Positions 1-9,494 of a stretch of DNA of 41,226 nucleotides are shown here, in pieces. The stretch spans positions 10,035-51,260 of the forward strand of contig JAGRHC010000026.1 in assembly GCA_020445145.1 (NCBI GenBank), read 5' to 3'. The DNA is from Alphaproteobacteria bacterium. GTDB lineage: Bacteria; Pseudomonadota; Alphaproteobacteria; Micavibrionales; Micavibrionaceae. The number at the start of each line of letters is the position of its first letter. The stretch's first letter is position 1. Below the pieces are notes generated by a model. That model had not been told where the DNA came from. It was given only the letters and a program-made list of their open reading frames with translations, and did not search any database. The position numbers and the translations under genes were made by a program.

Positions 1-25
1 ATAAAAGCTCTGAGTATGAACCCTA
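1..25. mobile_element. Truncated right end of a MITE-like palindromic element. It is a second copy of the element at 17487-17634; the window boundary cuts it.
   Basis: bp 1-25 ATAAAAGCTCTGAGTATGAACCCTA matches 17608-17634 ATAAAAGCTGTGAGTATGAACCCTA at 24/25. It has the same AACCC+TA terminus. The TA plus flanking base forms the clpA TAG stop on the minus strand. Confidence 0.45.
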
Positions 26-2326
26 ATCTTCAAGGATTTCTTCTTCTTCGAGAAGTTTTGTGCGTTTTTCTGCTTTGTAGGTGAAGGTCAGTTTTTTACC
101 GTCATAATCCACGGTGACCAGACCGCCCTTTTCCAGTTTACCAAAAAGGATTTCTTCGGCCAGAGGGCGTTTGACCTGTTCCTGGATGACGCGGCCAAGC
201 GGGCGGGCGCCCATGGTTACATCATAGCCTTTTTCTGCCAAATATTTGCGGGCGGGCTTGGTCAGATCGATTGTGACGTTCCGGTCAGAAAGCTGGGCTT
301 CGAGCTGGATAATGAATTTGTCGACCACTTTTTCGACCGTTTCCGGTTTGAGGTTCTGGAATGGGACGATTGCGTCAAGGCGGTTCCTGAATTCCGGGGA
401 GAAGGTTTTGGTAATGGCATCGCTGTCTGCGTAGTCGCGCATTTCAACTGTGCGGCCAAAGCCAATCGGGGCCCGCGCCATGTCGGAGGCTCCTGCATTG
501 GTTGTCATGATCAGGATCACGTTGCGGAAATCGATTGTTTTGCCGTTGTTGTCGGTGAGCTTGCCGTAGTCCATGACCTGCAGCAAAATATTGTAGAGGT
601 CCGGGTGCGCTTTTTCGATTTCATCGAGCAATAGGACGCAGTGCGGATGCTGGTCTACTTTATCGGTCATCAGGCCGCCCTGCTCGAACCCGACATAGCC
701 GGGCGGTGTGCCGATCAGGCGGGAGACCGAATGACGCTCCATGTATTCCGACATATCGAACCGTATTAGTTCGACCCCCAACGACTTTGCGAGCTGTCTT
801 GCGACTTCGGTTTTCCCAACGCCTGTCGGGCCTGAGAACAGGTAGCTCCCAATCGGTTTTTCTGCGTCGCGGAGGCCGGCTCTGGCGAGCTTGATCGAAT
901 TTGAGAGCATGTCGATTGCGATATCCTGATCGAAGACAAGCGTTTTGAGGTCGCGTTCAAGGGAGCGCAGGGCTTCCTTGTCGTTTTTGTTTAGGGTTGT
1001 CGAGGGGATGCGCGCGATGGCGGCAACGACATCCTCGATATCTTTTACGCTGATTGTCTTTTTGCGGCGACTTTCCGGGACCAGCATCTGCGCTGCGCCG
1101 ACTTCGTCGATAATATCGATGGCCTTGTCCGGAAGCTTGCGGTCGCCAATATATTTGGCGGATAGCTCTACAGCAGCTTTGATCGCACCGCTGGTATATT
1201 TGATTTTGTGATGCTCTTCGTAATATGGCTTCAGGCCCTTGAGGATCTTGATTGCGTCATCTATCGAAGGCTCGTTTACGTCGATTTTCTGGAAGCGGCG
1301 CACCAGCGCGCGGTCTTTTTCGAAATGGTTGCGGTATTCCTTGTAGGTGGTCGACCCGATGCAGCGTATCTTTCCACTGGAAAGCGCGGGTTTCAGAAGA
1401 TTGGACGCATCCATCGCGCCGCCAGACGTTGCGCCGGCTCCGATGATCGTATGAATCTCATCGATAAACAGGATCGATTCCGGGATTTTTTCCAATTCGC
1501 TGAGTACGGATTTCAGGCGCTCTTCGAAATCTCCGCGATACCGGGTTCCAGCCAGCAAAGCGCCCATATCCAGAGAGTAAATCACAGCGCCGAAAAGTAC
1601 CTCAGGCACCTCACGTTCGACGATACGCTTTGCAAGCCCTTCTGCAATGGCCGTTTTCCCTACACCGGGGTCCCCCACGTAAAGCGGGTTGTTTTTGGAA
1701 CGGCGGCACAGGATCTGGACGGTCCGCTCAACTTCTTTTTCACGCCCGATCAGCGGATCAATTTTTCCTTTTTTGGCTTTTTCATTGAGATCTACACAAT
1801 ATGCCGCGAGGGCTTCGGAGCCTGTTTTGACTTCCTTATCCGGTTCCTCAACGCCGGTTGGCGCTTTGGAACTTGCATTTTGCTGCTGAGCGGGGACTTT
1901 GGCTATACCGTGAGAGATATAGTTTACAGCGTCAAAGCGGGTCATATCGCGTTCCTGTAAATAGAAAACGGCATGGCTTTCACGCTCAGAAAACAGGGCA
2001 ACCAAAACGTTCGCACCAGTGACCTCTTCACGTCCCGAAGACTGCACATGGATGGCGGCGCGCTGGAGGACGCGCTGGAACGCGTTGGTGGGCTTGGCTT
2101 CATCCATTTCATGATTGACCAGCGTGCTCAAATCGCTGTCGATATATTGAGTCAGTTTATCGCGGAGTTCATCGAGGTCGATCCCGCAAGCCCTCAACAC
2201 TGCCATTGCGTCCGGATCGCTCGCCAGCGCCAGCAGGAGATGCTCCAGGGTTGCGTATTCATGCTGTTTCTCGTTGGCGATAGCCAGCGCACGGTGCAGC
2301 GTTTGTTCAAGATTGCGGGACAGCAT
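23..2326 (-). CDS. clpA: ATP-dependent Clp protease ATP-binding subunit ClpA
   Basis: 767-aa ORF. The N-terminus MLSRNLEQTLHRALAIANEKQHEYATLEHLLLAL is typical of ClpA. It has two AAA+ modules with Walker A motifs (GDPGVGKT and GPTGVGKTE). ATG start at 2324-2326. Confidence 0.95.
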   Translation of the reverse strand: MLSRNLEQTLHRALAIANEKQHEYATLEHLLLALASDPDAMAVLRACGIDLDELRDKLTQYIDSDLSTLVNHEMDEAKPTNAFQRVLQRAAIHVQSSGREEVTGANVLVALFSERESHAVFYLQERDMTRFDAVNYISHGIAKVPAQQQNASSKAPTGVEEPDKEVKTGSEALAAYCVDLNEKAKKGKIDPLIGREKEVERTVQILCRRSKNNPLYVGDPGVGKTAIAEGLAKRIVEREVPEVLFGAVIYSLDMGALLAGTRYRGDFEERLKSVLSELEKIPESILFIDEIHTIIGAGATSGGAMDASNLLKPALSSGKIRCIGSTTYKEYRNHFEKDRALVRRFQKIDVNEPSIDDAIKILKGLKPYYEEHHKIKYTSGAIKAAVELSAKYIGDRKLPDKAIDIIDEVGAAQMLVPESRRKKTISVKDIEDVVAAIARIPSTTLNKNDKEALRSLERDLKTLVFDQDIAIDMLSNSIKLARAGLRDAEKPIGSYLFSGPTGVGKTEVARQLAKSLGVELIRFDMSEYMERHSVSRLIGTPPGYVGFEQGGLMTDKVDQHPHCVLLLDEIEKAHPDLYNILLQVMDYGKLTDNNGKTIDFRNVILIMTTNAGASDMARAPIGFGRTVEMRDYADSDAITKTFSPEFRNRLDAIVPFQNLKPETVEKVVDKFIIQLEAQLSDRNVTIDLTKPARKYLAEKGYDVTMGARPLGRVIQEQVKRPLAEEILFGKLEKGGLVTVDYDGKKLTFTYKAEKRTKLLEEEEILED

Positions 2327-2536
2327 GGCAAAACCTCAGTTTATCTTTATTTTAAGGCTATAGCCGAAAGGTTAACACATTCTTTGCACGGATGCTATGA
2401 ATGATAAAAAAGATAAACTATTCCCTTAAACTTGCCGCGCACGTATATAGGGTCAGGGGAGGCTGTAAAGCCTTTCATATTATTGCCTTCAATTTTAATG
2501 CCTCTGCTTGCAAGTGCACTGGCTAAGGGAACAAAC

Positions 2537-4810
2537 ATGATCGCTGAAGCCACTCATCCCGTTTTGAAACAAAAATCATCTATTCTTTTTCTTGTTCTTT
2601 TTTCGGGTTTGGCGGCCTTGTCATGGGAAGTGATCTGGCAGATCAAGTCGTCGCTTGCTCTTGGCGTATCGGCCTGGGGTACTGCGATGACCCTGGCTGT
2701 CATGATGGGCGGCATGGCTATTGGTTCCGTTGCATCTGGTTATCTCCTTCGAAAAAAGGAATTTGTGAGGCCCCTTCGTATTTATTGCGGCCTTGAGATT
2801 GTTGTCGGGATCGCCGGCTTATTGCTACCTACCGCCTTCCATCTTGTCGAAACTATGGATGTTGAAATTTACCGATCCTGGTCAGATTACGCCTATCTCT
2901 TTCATATTGCCGGGATTGTGTTTTCTCTTGGCATTCCTGCCTTATGTTTTGGCGCAACCCTTCCTGTTATCGGGCTTATGGCCAGACAATATGAAATTTC
3001 TGTCTCATTACTCTATGGGTTGAATACTCTCGGCGCTGCGGCGGGAACTTTGCTTACCGCTTTCTTTATTATCCCGCTTCTTGGTGTTGCGGCAACGATC
3101 ACGGTCGTCGCTGCGGTAAACTTTATAGTTGGCGCGGCTGCTTTTGTTCTGGATGAAGGTAAATTCAAGGCGCAAGAAACCTATCCCAGAGCGCCACAAA
3201 CTTCGGGGCTTGGCAGAGGTTCAGAGCTTTTTGTTGTTTTTGTTAGCGGTTTTGCGACGTTTGCACTCGAGGTTGCATGGTTTCGCTCCTTTACTGCGGC
3301 GTTTCTTAGCACAACAGCGGCTTTCTCCATTATGCTTGCTGTTGTCTTGCTCTCCCTCAGTCTTGGAGCATGGCTGGTCAGTCTTTTCAGGGCGATGAAA
3401 GTGTCGCTCGGCTCGCTCGTCAGTTTATCCGGTATACTAATTTTGTTCGCAACGCCGCTGGTTGAACGGTTTGATCTTATTACAAGCGCACATTCCTATA
3501 ATCCATATCTCCTTTTTATGTACTGGTTTAATTTAACCTTTTTTGTTATTGGCCCGCCCATGTTGCTCCTCGGCACAGCCCTTCCGTGGATTCTGGACAG
3601 CCAGTCCGCTCCGCGCAAATGGGGCATGATCTACGGCCTTAATACGCTCGCGTCTATTTTGGGCTCAATTTGTGCCGGATGGATTTTGCTGCCGGCAATC
3701 GGATTTGCGAGGACTGCGTGGCTTATGGGCGCTCTGGTTTTTGTTGCCGGTATCGTAACCGCCAATCCGCGGAAACGTTTGATTTTTATTCTTCTTGGAC
3801 TTCTTGCGCTTGCAACCGCTGTGTTTTTTGAATCAGGGGTTGGCCGGAAAAGGATTCAGTTGAGAACGACTACCGATTATGCTGTTCGAAAAATCCTTCA
3901 GGTCTATGAAGGACCTGATGTCACTGTCTCTGCAGTTGAGCATGAAAATGATGAGAGAACTCTGGTCATTGACGGTTTTATTGCCACATCGCAGGCCAGC
4001 AGCACAGATAGCACGATGTTTTCTCAGGAATATATGGATTGGATGGGGCATTTGCCGATGCTTCTTAATCCTGCACCATCCAATGCTCTTGTTATCTGCT
4101 TTGGGACCGGGCAAACCGCTAATGCCGTTCGTAAAGAAAACCCGCAGTCACTCGATATTGTAGAGATCAATAAGCAGGTTATTAAATTGGCGCCTCTTTT
4201 TAAATCCAATGAGGGCGTTCTTGAGGACCCGAGAGTCAATCTGATTAATATGGATGGACGGGCTTATTTGCGCCGCACGCAAAAAATGTATGACGTGATT
4301 ACCCTTGAGCCTATGCCGCCTACTTTTGCCGGGGTGAACCCGCTTTATTCGAAAGAGTTTTACGAACTTGCGCGCGCTCGTCTACATAAAGGCGGTGTTA
4401 TCGCCCAGTGGCTTCCTTTTCACCTGCAGCCTCCTTATTACAGCGCTTCGATTGCGAAAACTTTTGCCAGCGTCTTTCCGAATTCCTTATTGTGGGTTCA
4501 TCCGGAATCGGGAACAGGCATATTATTAGGAACTTCAGACGATGATGCCTCTTTTGGTTTTGATTTTCCTGGTTTTTACCGTACCCAGACGCGACGCAGT
4601 CTTTCTTTGGATCAAATCAAGCAGGCGGTCTTTTTTGCGAGAAGGGGAATGGCAGAATACAGCAAATATGGCGATGAAATCACCGACGACAATCAGCTTC
4701 TTTCCTACGGACAGTCTACTTACATGACGCACGGCAATCACGAAAAGTTCCCAGCGGACAACCAACTGCTCATTGATGAGGTTGCGAAAGAAATATCTCG
4801 CCCAGAATAA
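2537..4810 (+). CDS. Fused multi-TM membrane domain / spermidine synthase-like (polyamine aminopropyltransferase family) protein
   Basis: The ORF is open from 2432. An ATG at 2537 preceded by AAGGGA is the likely start, with 2498 as an alternative. About 450 aa of hydrophobic helices come first. The C-terminal domain is SpeE-like: VICFGTGQTANAV...DIVEINKQVIKLAPLF...LINMDGRAYL, a SAM-dependent aminopropyltransferase fold. Confidence 0.8.
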   Translation: MIAEATHPVLKQKSSILFLVLFSGLAALSWEVIWQIKSSLALGVSAWGTAMTLAVMMGGMAIGSVASGYLLRKKEFVRPLRIYCGLEIVVGIAGLLLPTAFHLVETMDVEIYRSWSDYAYLFHIAGIVFSLGIPALCFGATLPVIGLMARQYEISVSLLYGLNTLGAAAGTLLTAFFIIPLLGVAATITVVAAVNFIVGAAAFVLDEGKFKAQETYPRAPQTSGLGRGSELFVVFVSGFATFALEVAWFRSFTAAFLSTTAAFSIMLAVVLLSLSLGAWLVSLFRAMKVSLGSLVSLSGILILFATPLVERFDLITSAHSYNPYLLFMYWFNLTFFVIGPPMLLLGTALPWILDSQSAPRKWGMIYGLNTLASILGSICAGWILLPAIGFARTAWLMGALVFVAGIVTANPRKRLIFILLGLLALATAVFFESGVGRKRIQLRTTTDYAVRKILQVYEGPDVTVSAVEHENDERTLVIDGFIATSQASSTDSTMFSQEYMDWMGHLPMLLNPAPSNALVICFGTGQTANAVRKENPQSLDIVEINKQVIKLAPLFKSNEGVLEDPRVNLINMDGRAYLRRTQKMYDVITLEPMPPTFAGVNPLYSKEFYELARARLHKGGVIAQWLPFHLQPPYYSASIAKTFASVFPNSLLWVHPESGTGILLGTSDDDASFGFDFPGFYRTQTRRSLSLDQIKQAVFFARRGMAEYSKYGDEITDDNQLLSYGQSTYMTHGNHEKFPADNQLLIDEVAKEISRPE

Positions 4811-4845
4811 CCTGCGGTGATTTTTAAAATAGAAACCTTTTTATT

Positions 4846-5244
4846 TTATTCCCGTTCCATCGTGCACTGGAGCGGTTGTTCGTTGGTGCGGGCGAAGTCC
4901 ATGACCTGCGCGACCTTGGTTTCTGCGACTTCAAATGTGTAGATACCGCAAACCCCTACCCCGCGGCGATGGACGTGGAGCATGATGTCGGTGGCTTCCT
5001 GACGGCTTTTGTTGAAGATTTTTTCCAGTACGTGCACGACAAATTCCATCGGCGTATAATCATCATTCAGCAACAACACCTTGTACATTGCAGGCTTTTG
5101 GGTTTTGGGGCGGGTTTTCAGGATCACGCCATGCTGGGTTTTACGCTCTCCGTCGCCCTCATGACCGGGATCGTCTTCACTGCCGGGCGGAAAATCTTCG
5201 GCGCGTTCCCATGTTTGCTTCAAAACTTCGTCCTCCGCTCTCAT
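4846..5244 (-). CDS. clpS: ATP-dependent Clp protease adaptor ClpS
   Basis: The core [25 protein letters not shown]...[22 protein letters not shown] is the ClpS signature. It has an N-terminal extension. It is not adjacent to clpA in the usual way (see findings). Confidence 0.9.
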   Translation of the reverse strand: MRAEDEVLKQTWERAEDFPPGSEDDPGHEGDGERKTQHGVILKTRPKTQKPAMYKVLLLNDDYTPMEFVVHVLEKIFNKSRQEATDIMLHVHRRGVGVCGIYTFEVAETKVAQVMDFARTNEQPLQCTMERE

Positions 5245-5263
5245 CGAGCATTCTCCCGTTCAT

Positions 5264-5420
5264 AAACAGGCTGTTTCCGGCCTTTAACCCTTATCAGGAT
5301 CACAAAATATTGTTATTCTTCCATCATAGCAACCCGGGAAGTGTTTTCTCAACAGGGAAATTGCTGTTATTGACATAATTTCATACTTATGCTACGCCAA
5401 GCCTACTCGAATGCTATTCG
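5264..5420 (+). promoter_or_regulatory. AT-rich divergent intergenic region. A possible sigma70-like -35 TTGACA lies at about 5371.
   Basis: TTGACAtaatttcatacttatgcTACGCC has a TTGACA, but the -10 is poor. Confidence 0.2.
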
Positions 5421-5711
5421 ATGAACCAGAAAGACCTGACTATGGCTTTTTACTTTTATGCAACCGCCCTCTTCCTCGTATTTTTTCCGGGCGTTTCTAT
5501 GGCGGATGAATTCGGCCCCCGCTTTTGGGATCAGACACCTGCCGTTCTAGAACCCTATCCGGGAGAAGATCAAATTCGTAATATAGCTCAGGATGAGAAA
5601 TCTGTTGCTGAGACTCTTCAGGACATATCTCCGGCGGCTGGGGATGAGTTAGACTCACCTCAAAATGACACGCTCGAGGAAACTTCCCCCTTACCCTCCG
5701 TTACTGAATAA
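5421..5711 (+). CDS. Small secreted acidic hypothetical protein
   Basis: The N-terminal hydrophobic segment MAFYFYATALFLVFFPGVSMA-DEF looks like a Sec signal peptide. The mature part is acidic (pI low) and unrecognised. The start could be 5421 or the internal Met at 5442. Confidence 0.35.
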   Translation: MNQKDLTMAFYFYATALFLVFFPGVSMADEFGPRFWDQTPAVLEPYPGEDQIRNIAQDEKSVAETLQDISPAAGDELDSPQNDTLEETSPLPSVTE

Positions 5712-5799
5712 ATTGTTCTATAACCCCCTTTTCAAAGTGTTTTATCGGTCTATAATCTGCGCCCGTTAAAACAAAAAATACGTAAACACGGGGTGAAAA

Positions 5800-6312
5800 A
5801 TGGAAGATGAACAGGAAGAAAAATGGAAAGCCTTGATGCGCGGACAGGTGATGTCGGCGACGATCAACAAATTCATGACGATCATCAAGCTGATGGACCA
5901 AAAAGCGCAGGCGATGATTTTTATGAATTCGGTTCTTATACCGGTTTGCATTCGCTCGGTTGAAACAGGTTCGTTTCCTCGTGCCGGCACGATTTCTATC
6001 GCCACCGCCATTATCAGTATCCTTGCCGCCCTCGTTTGCATCTATCCAAAGCGCCGCTATCGCAAACACGGTCATAGAGAGCTCAACCTGCTGCACTTCA
6101 ATGATATCGGGCACATGAAAAAAGAAGATTATATAGACTTATTCATGCCGGTCTTTAACGATCCTTCGAAACTTGCCGACACGGTTATCAATGATCTTTA
6201 CGATACATCGCGTTATTCGATTTTACCCAAATATATGTGGCTGAAGATTTCATACGGCACATTTGCGTTTGGAAATATTATCGCGATTATTGTCGCCTTT
6301 ATGCATATGTAA
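5800..6312 (+). CDS. Hypothetical 3-TM membrane protein, 170 aa, with no recognisable enzymatic motif
   Basis: GGGGTGA-N4-ATG start. Three hydrophobic helices: AMIFMNSVLIPVCI, ISIATAIISILAALVCIY and ISYGTFAFGNIIAIIVAFM. Charged soluble loops. AT-rich. Overlapping minus-strand ORFs are low-complexity and rejected. Confidence 0.5.
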   Translation: MEDEQEEKWKALMRGQVMSATINKFMTIIKLMDQKAQAMIFMNSVLIPVCIRSVETGSFPRAGTISIATAIISILAALVCIYPKRRYRKHGHRELNLLHFNDIGHMKKEDYIDLFMPVFNDPSKLADTVINDLYDTSRYSILPKYMWLKISYGTFAFGNIIAIIVAFMHM

Positions 6313-6529
6313 GCGCACTTTAAGGGTTCATTAAAACTTAGGGTGTAAATATGCTGGTGTGCCCATTGTGGCAGCGTTACTGTTTTTATCATAAAAAACT
6401 TGCACAGGTCTTGCGTTTCGCGCATATGATAAAAAAATTTTAAATAACAGGGGCTTGCACTTGTGTCATTTTCTGTCAAAATAGGCCGGATTGACGCGGA
6501 TAAAAAGGATTTATACAAGGTATCTCGAT

Positions 6530-7150
6530 ATGTATCATGATGATAACTGGAATTTTGTAACGGGTGACGAACTGGCAGGGTTTCTGGACCAGATTAACCC
6601 GATTGACGGAAAGTACCGCACATCTCCGCAGAGCACGCAGGTTGCGTGGCGCACGCTTCCTTTCTATGAGAGCGTTGCCCTCATTCGCGTGAAAGACCCG
6701 AACTGGGTTAACAAGAAAATGAATATCTATTACCTGACGGATCAAGGAAATCTTTTCCGTCTTAACGGCACCTCCCCGCCCATTCATGAGGTGAATAGCA
6801 AGGCTCCGATCAAGATCAATGAAGACAATGTTCTTGATTACCTGCGCTTCTTCTGTTTCTTCGTTCGAGGAGATGAGGGTCCGTTTTATATTGCAGAATC
6901 GATGGAAGATGCCAATCTTCCGACCGATATGGATGATACGACACGTTCGGTTGTTCAGGGTACTATTCGTCCGGCGACCTTTGAAGGCATGAACGGTCAA
7001 GGACACTTCCTTTGCGATGGTGTTGTTTACTACTCAAATGCTTTGTTCATCGCTAACTTTGCGGTTCAGCCTTCCGGTATGATTGAAATGCTCAATGACG
7101 AGCCGATCGCGGGCGACCTTAAGTCAAAAGTCGACTGCCCGATCGCCTAG
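6530..7150 (+). CDS. Hypothetical protein, 206 aa, no recognisable family
   Basis: ATG at 6530; the six-frame track starts at a TTG at 6491. The ORF runs cleanly up to the stop, which is followed by a rho-independent terminator. AT-rich. Confidence 0.55.
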   Translation: MYHDDNWNFVTGDELAGFLDQINPIDGKYRTSPQSTQVAWRTLPFYESVALIRVKDPNWVNKKMNIYYLTDQGNLFRLNGTSPPIHEVNSKAPIKINEDNVLDYLRFFCFFVRGDEGPFYIAESMEDANLPTDMDDTTRSVVQGTIRPATFEGMNGQGHFLCDGVVYYSNALFIANFAVQPSGMIEMLNDEPIAGDLKSKVDCPIA

Positions 7151-7177
7151 CTTCGGATTTTATAGATTGAAAATAAA

Positions 7178-7207
7178 GGGCCGTTTTGTGACGGCCTTTT
7201 TTGTTTT
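7178..7207 (+). terminator. Rho-independent terminator
   Basis: GGGCCGTtttgtgACGGCC hairpin followed by TTTTTTGTTTT. Confidence 0.55.
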
Positions 7208-7249
7208 CCGGTTATTTTCAGAGAAATTTTTGACAATTTTCAATGAGGC

Positions 7250-7278
7250 TTGATTCTGCCTGCGCTATAACGTGTAAT
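7250..7278 (+). promoter_or_regulatory. Putative sigma70 promoter: TTGATT-17-TGTAAT
   Basis: -35 TTGATT at 7250-7255, 17-nt spacer, -10 TGTAAT at 7273-7278. AAGGAT RBS at 7294-7299. ATG at 7307. Confidence 0.35.
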
Positions 7279-7306
7279 GCCTGCTTGGGAAAAAAGGATC
7301 ACTTAT

Positions 7307-8509
7307 ATGGCGAAAACCTCTGATCAATATGATGTTGTGATAGTCGGCGGAGGGCTGTCGGGGCTTTCTCTGGCTTGTCTTCTTGGTGAAAACGAGGGGT
7401 TGCGTATTGCATGCCTTGACCGCGAAGATCCCCAAAAGCAGATTGCGAATGATGAGCGCACGACCGCCATCTCTTATGGTTCCAGCCTGATTTTAGAGCG
7501 TGCAGGCGTCTGGGATACGATGCTGCCCCATGCCTGTCCAATTGACGATATCGAAATATTGGATAGCGGCAGCCCTGTTTTGCTTGAGTTTCTCAGCCGC
7601 GAGGTCGAAGGGAAAAGTTTTGGCTGGATCCTTCATAATGCGCATATCCGGCGCACGCTGGTTGATAAAGTCAAAAGCCTGAAGAACGTCGATCATATCG
7701 CGCCTGCGCAAGTCAGTGATTTTATTGCTCCTGAAACGCCGGACGACGATGTGCAGGCTATCCTTGCAGATGGTCGGCGCTTGAGCGCGCGCCTGATTGT
7801 GGGTGCGGACGGGCGCGGGTCCTTTGTGCGGCACTGGCTGGATATCCCTTCGCGGCGCTGGAGTTATGGGCAGCGAGCAGTTATTTGCAATGTGGCCCAT
7901 GCCAACCCTCACGGGAATAAGGCGGTCGAGCATTTCTGGCCGGAAGGACCGTTTGCCGTTTTGCCGATGACGGATGATGCTCAGGGACGGCACCGCTCGG
8001 GGCTTGTTTTTACGGAGCATGGCCCTGAGAAGAAATCTCTGATGCGTTTAAATGATGCTGATTTTGAGGCAGCGGTTGCAGAGAAATTTCCGCTTGAGTA
8101 TGGCAAAATAGAGATTGCCGGGCCGCGGCAATGCTATCCTCTGGGGCTGATCCATGCCTCGCGTTATATCGGGCCGCGCATGGCTTTGGTTGCGGACGCG
8201 GCGCATGGGATTCATCCTATTGCGGGGCAAGGGCTTAATCTTGGCTTTCGAGATCTAGGCGAACTTGGGCGGCTGATCGGGGATGCAGCGGAAGACGGCA
8301 CGGATCCCGGTTCCCCTGCTTTGCTGGAGACCTATCTGCGCAGGCGGCGGCCGGACAATATGGCGATGATCGCTGTGACTGACGGTTTTGTTCGTCTTTT
8401 CTCGAACGGCGTTCTGCCAATCGGGCTTGCGAGACGGGCTGGATTGCGCGCCGTTTCCCGTTTACCGGCGGCCAAGCGTTTTTTCATGCGTCATGCGATG
8501 GGCGAATGA
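7307..8509 (+). CDS. UbiH/UbiF/VisC/COQ6-family FAD-dependent ubiquinone biosynthesis hydroxylase
   Basis: MAKTSDQYDVVIVGGGLSGLSLA is a Rossmann GxGxxG motif. DGxxS and GDAAH motifs are present (ADGRGSFVR, VADAAHGIHPIAGQGLNLG). The ORF is open from 7277, but ATG 7307 has the RBS. Confidence 0.85.
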   Translation: MAKTSDQYDVVIVGGGLSGLSLACLLGENEGLRIACLDREDPQKQIANDERTTAISYGSSLILERAGVWDTMLPHACPIDDIEILDSGSPVLLEFLSREVEGKSFGWILHNAHIRRTLVDKVKSLKNVDHIAPAQVSDFIAPETPDDDVQAILADGRRLSARLIVGADGRGSFVRHWLDIPSRRWSYGQRAVICNVAHANPHGNKAVEHFWPEGPFAVLPMTDDAQGRHRSGLVFTEHGPEKKSLMRLNDADFEAAVAEKFPLEYGKIEIAGPRQCYPLGLIHASRYIGPRMALVADAAHGIHPIAGQGLNLGFRDLGELGRLIGDAAEDGTDPGSPALLETYLRRRRPDNMAMIAVTDGFVRLFSNGVLPIGLARRAGLRAVSRLPAAKRFFMRHAMGE

Positions 8510-8520
8510 TGTTTTTCAAT

Positions 8521-8549
8521 TTGACTCGCGCGCGCAATCCCGCTATAAA
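8521..8549 (+). promoter_or_regulatory. Putative sigma70 promoter for the rpmH operon: TTGACT-17-TATAAA
   Basis: TTGACT at 8521-8526, spacer cgcgcgcgcaatcccgc (17 nt), TATAAA at 8544-8549, about 57 nt upstream of rpmH. Confidence 0.5.
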
Positions 8550-8605
8550 CGCCCATCCCTGATCATAGGCATAAGAATTTTTGAGAAGTTTAGAAGGTTA
8601 AAGAT

Positions 8606-8740
8606 ATGAAACGTACATTCCAGCCCAGCCGCATCGTTCGCAAGCGTCGCCACGGTTTCCGTTCCCGTATGGCTGACCGTCACGGCCGCGCGGTCTTGTC
8701 ACGCCGCCGCGCAAAAGGTCGTAAGCGTCTTTGCGTATAA
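8606..8740 (+). CDS. rpmH: 50S ribosomal protein L34
   Basis: 44 aa: [44 protein letters not shown]. The ORF track omits it because it is under 60 aa. AAGGTTAAAG RBS. Confidence 0.9.
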   Translation: MKRTFQPSRIVRKRRHGFRSRMADRHGRAVLSRRRAKGRKRLCV

Positions 8741-8767
8741 GACGCTTCAAGCCTTTGACAGGCTTTG

Positions 8768-9148
8768 ATGCATACTTCAAAAGCGCAGCTTAAACGCATA
8801 GACGTTATTCGTACGCGCGCTGATTTCCTGACTATTCAGGGCAAAGGTAGGAAATGGGTGTCGCGCGGCCTTATCCTGCAAGTTAAAAGCAATGACACGG
8901 GTACTCTACGTGTTGGCTTTACCGTTAGTAAAAAAATTAGCAAGTCTGCCGTTGTTCGCAATCGTATCAAGCGCCGCCTGCGGGCTGTGGCGGCAGATGT
9001 CCTGAGTATTTCAGCAAAGCGTGGCGTTGATTACATTCTTGTCGGGCGCGTTGAAACAGCCACCAAGCCCTATGAAACGCTATGTCATGATCTCATATGG
9101 TGCCTGAAAAAAACCGGGTTTTACGAAGCTACCGAAGCAGAGGACTGA
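8768..9148 (+). CDS. rnpA: Ribonuclease P protein component
   Basis: MHTSKAQLKRIDVIRTRADF...RVGFTVSKKISKSAVVRNRIKRRLR is the RnpA basic motif. It lies downstream of rpmH. An alternative TTG start at 8765 would add one codon. Confidence 0.9.
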   Translation: MHTSKAQLKRIDVIRTRADFLTIQGKGRKWVSRGLILQVKSNDTGTLRVGFTVSKKISKSAVVRNRIKRRLRAVAADVLSISAKRGVDYILVGRVETATKPYETLCHDLIWCLKKTGFYEATEAED

Positions 9149-9152
9149 GACG

Positions 9153-9494
9153 ATGTCATCGCTGGAGAGACAGGTTAAAAAAACTTTGCAGGTTTTCATT
9201 AAGGTCTACTCTTATGCGGTCTCTCCTTTTTTAGGGCGGAATTGCAGGTTTTACCCAACCTGCTCGGCTTATGCGCATGAAGCACTGGACGTGCACGGGG
9301 TTTTGAAGGGTCTGTTTCTGGCGACGCGCCGTATTTTGCGCTGCCACCCCTGGAGCGGCGCAGATATGATCGATCCTGTGCCAAAGCGGTTTGCGTGGCG
9401 CGATATTCTGGGGTATAAACGCCGTGCCGAAGACGCTCAGCCGTCTGGAGCACATGAAAAAAACGATATTACTGAAGGACTTGAGAAAGAATGA
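9153..9494 (+). CDS. yidD: Membrane protein insertion efficiency factor YidD
   Basis: YSYAVSPFLGRNCRFYPTCSAYAHEAL is the YidD signature. Its stop overlaps the yidC start (ATGA). Confidence 0.9.
   Translation: MSSLERQVKKTLQVFIKVYSYAVSPFLGRNCRFYPTCSAYAHEALDVHGVLKGLFLATRRILRCHPWSGADMIDPVPKRFAWRDILGYKRRAEDAQPSGAHEKNDITEGLEKE

Noticed and set aside
1208-2404. Plus-strand ORFs 1208-1960 and 1973-2404
   Set aside because: Antisense to clpA, whose AAA+ motifs are unambiguous.
5701-6114. Minus-strand ORFs 5701-6114 and 5766-6041 overlapping the 3-TM gene
   Set aside because: Low-complexity R/H-rich translations with no start context. The plus-strand frame encodes coherent TM helices and has an RBS.
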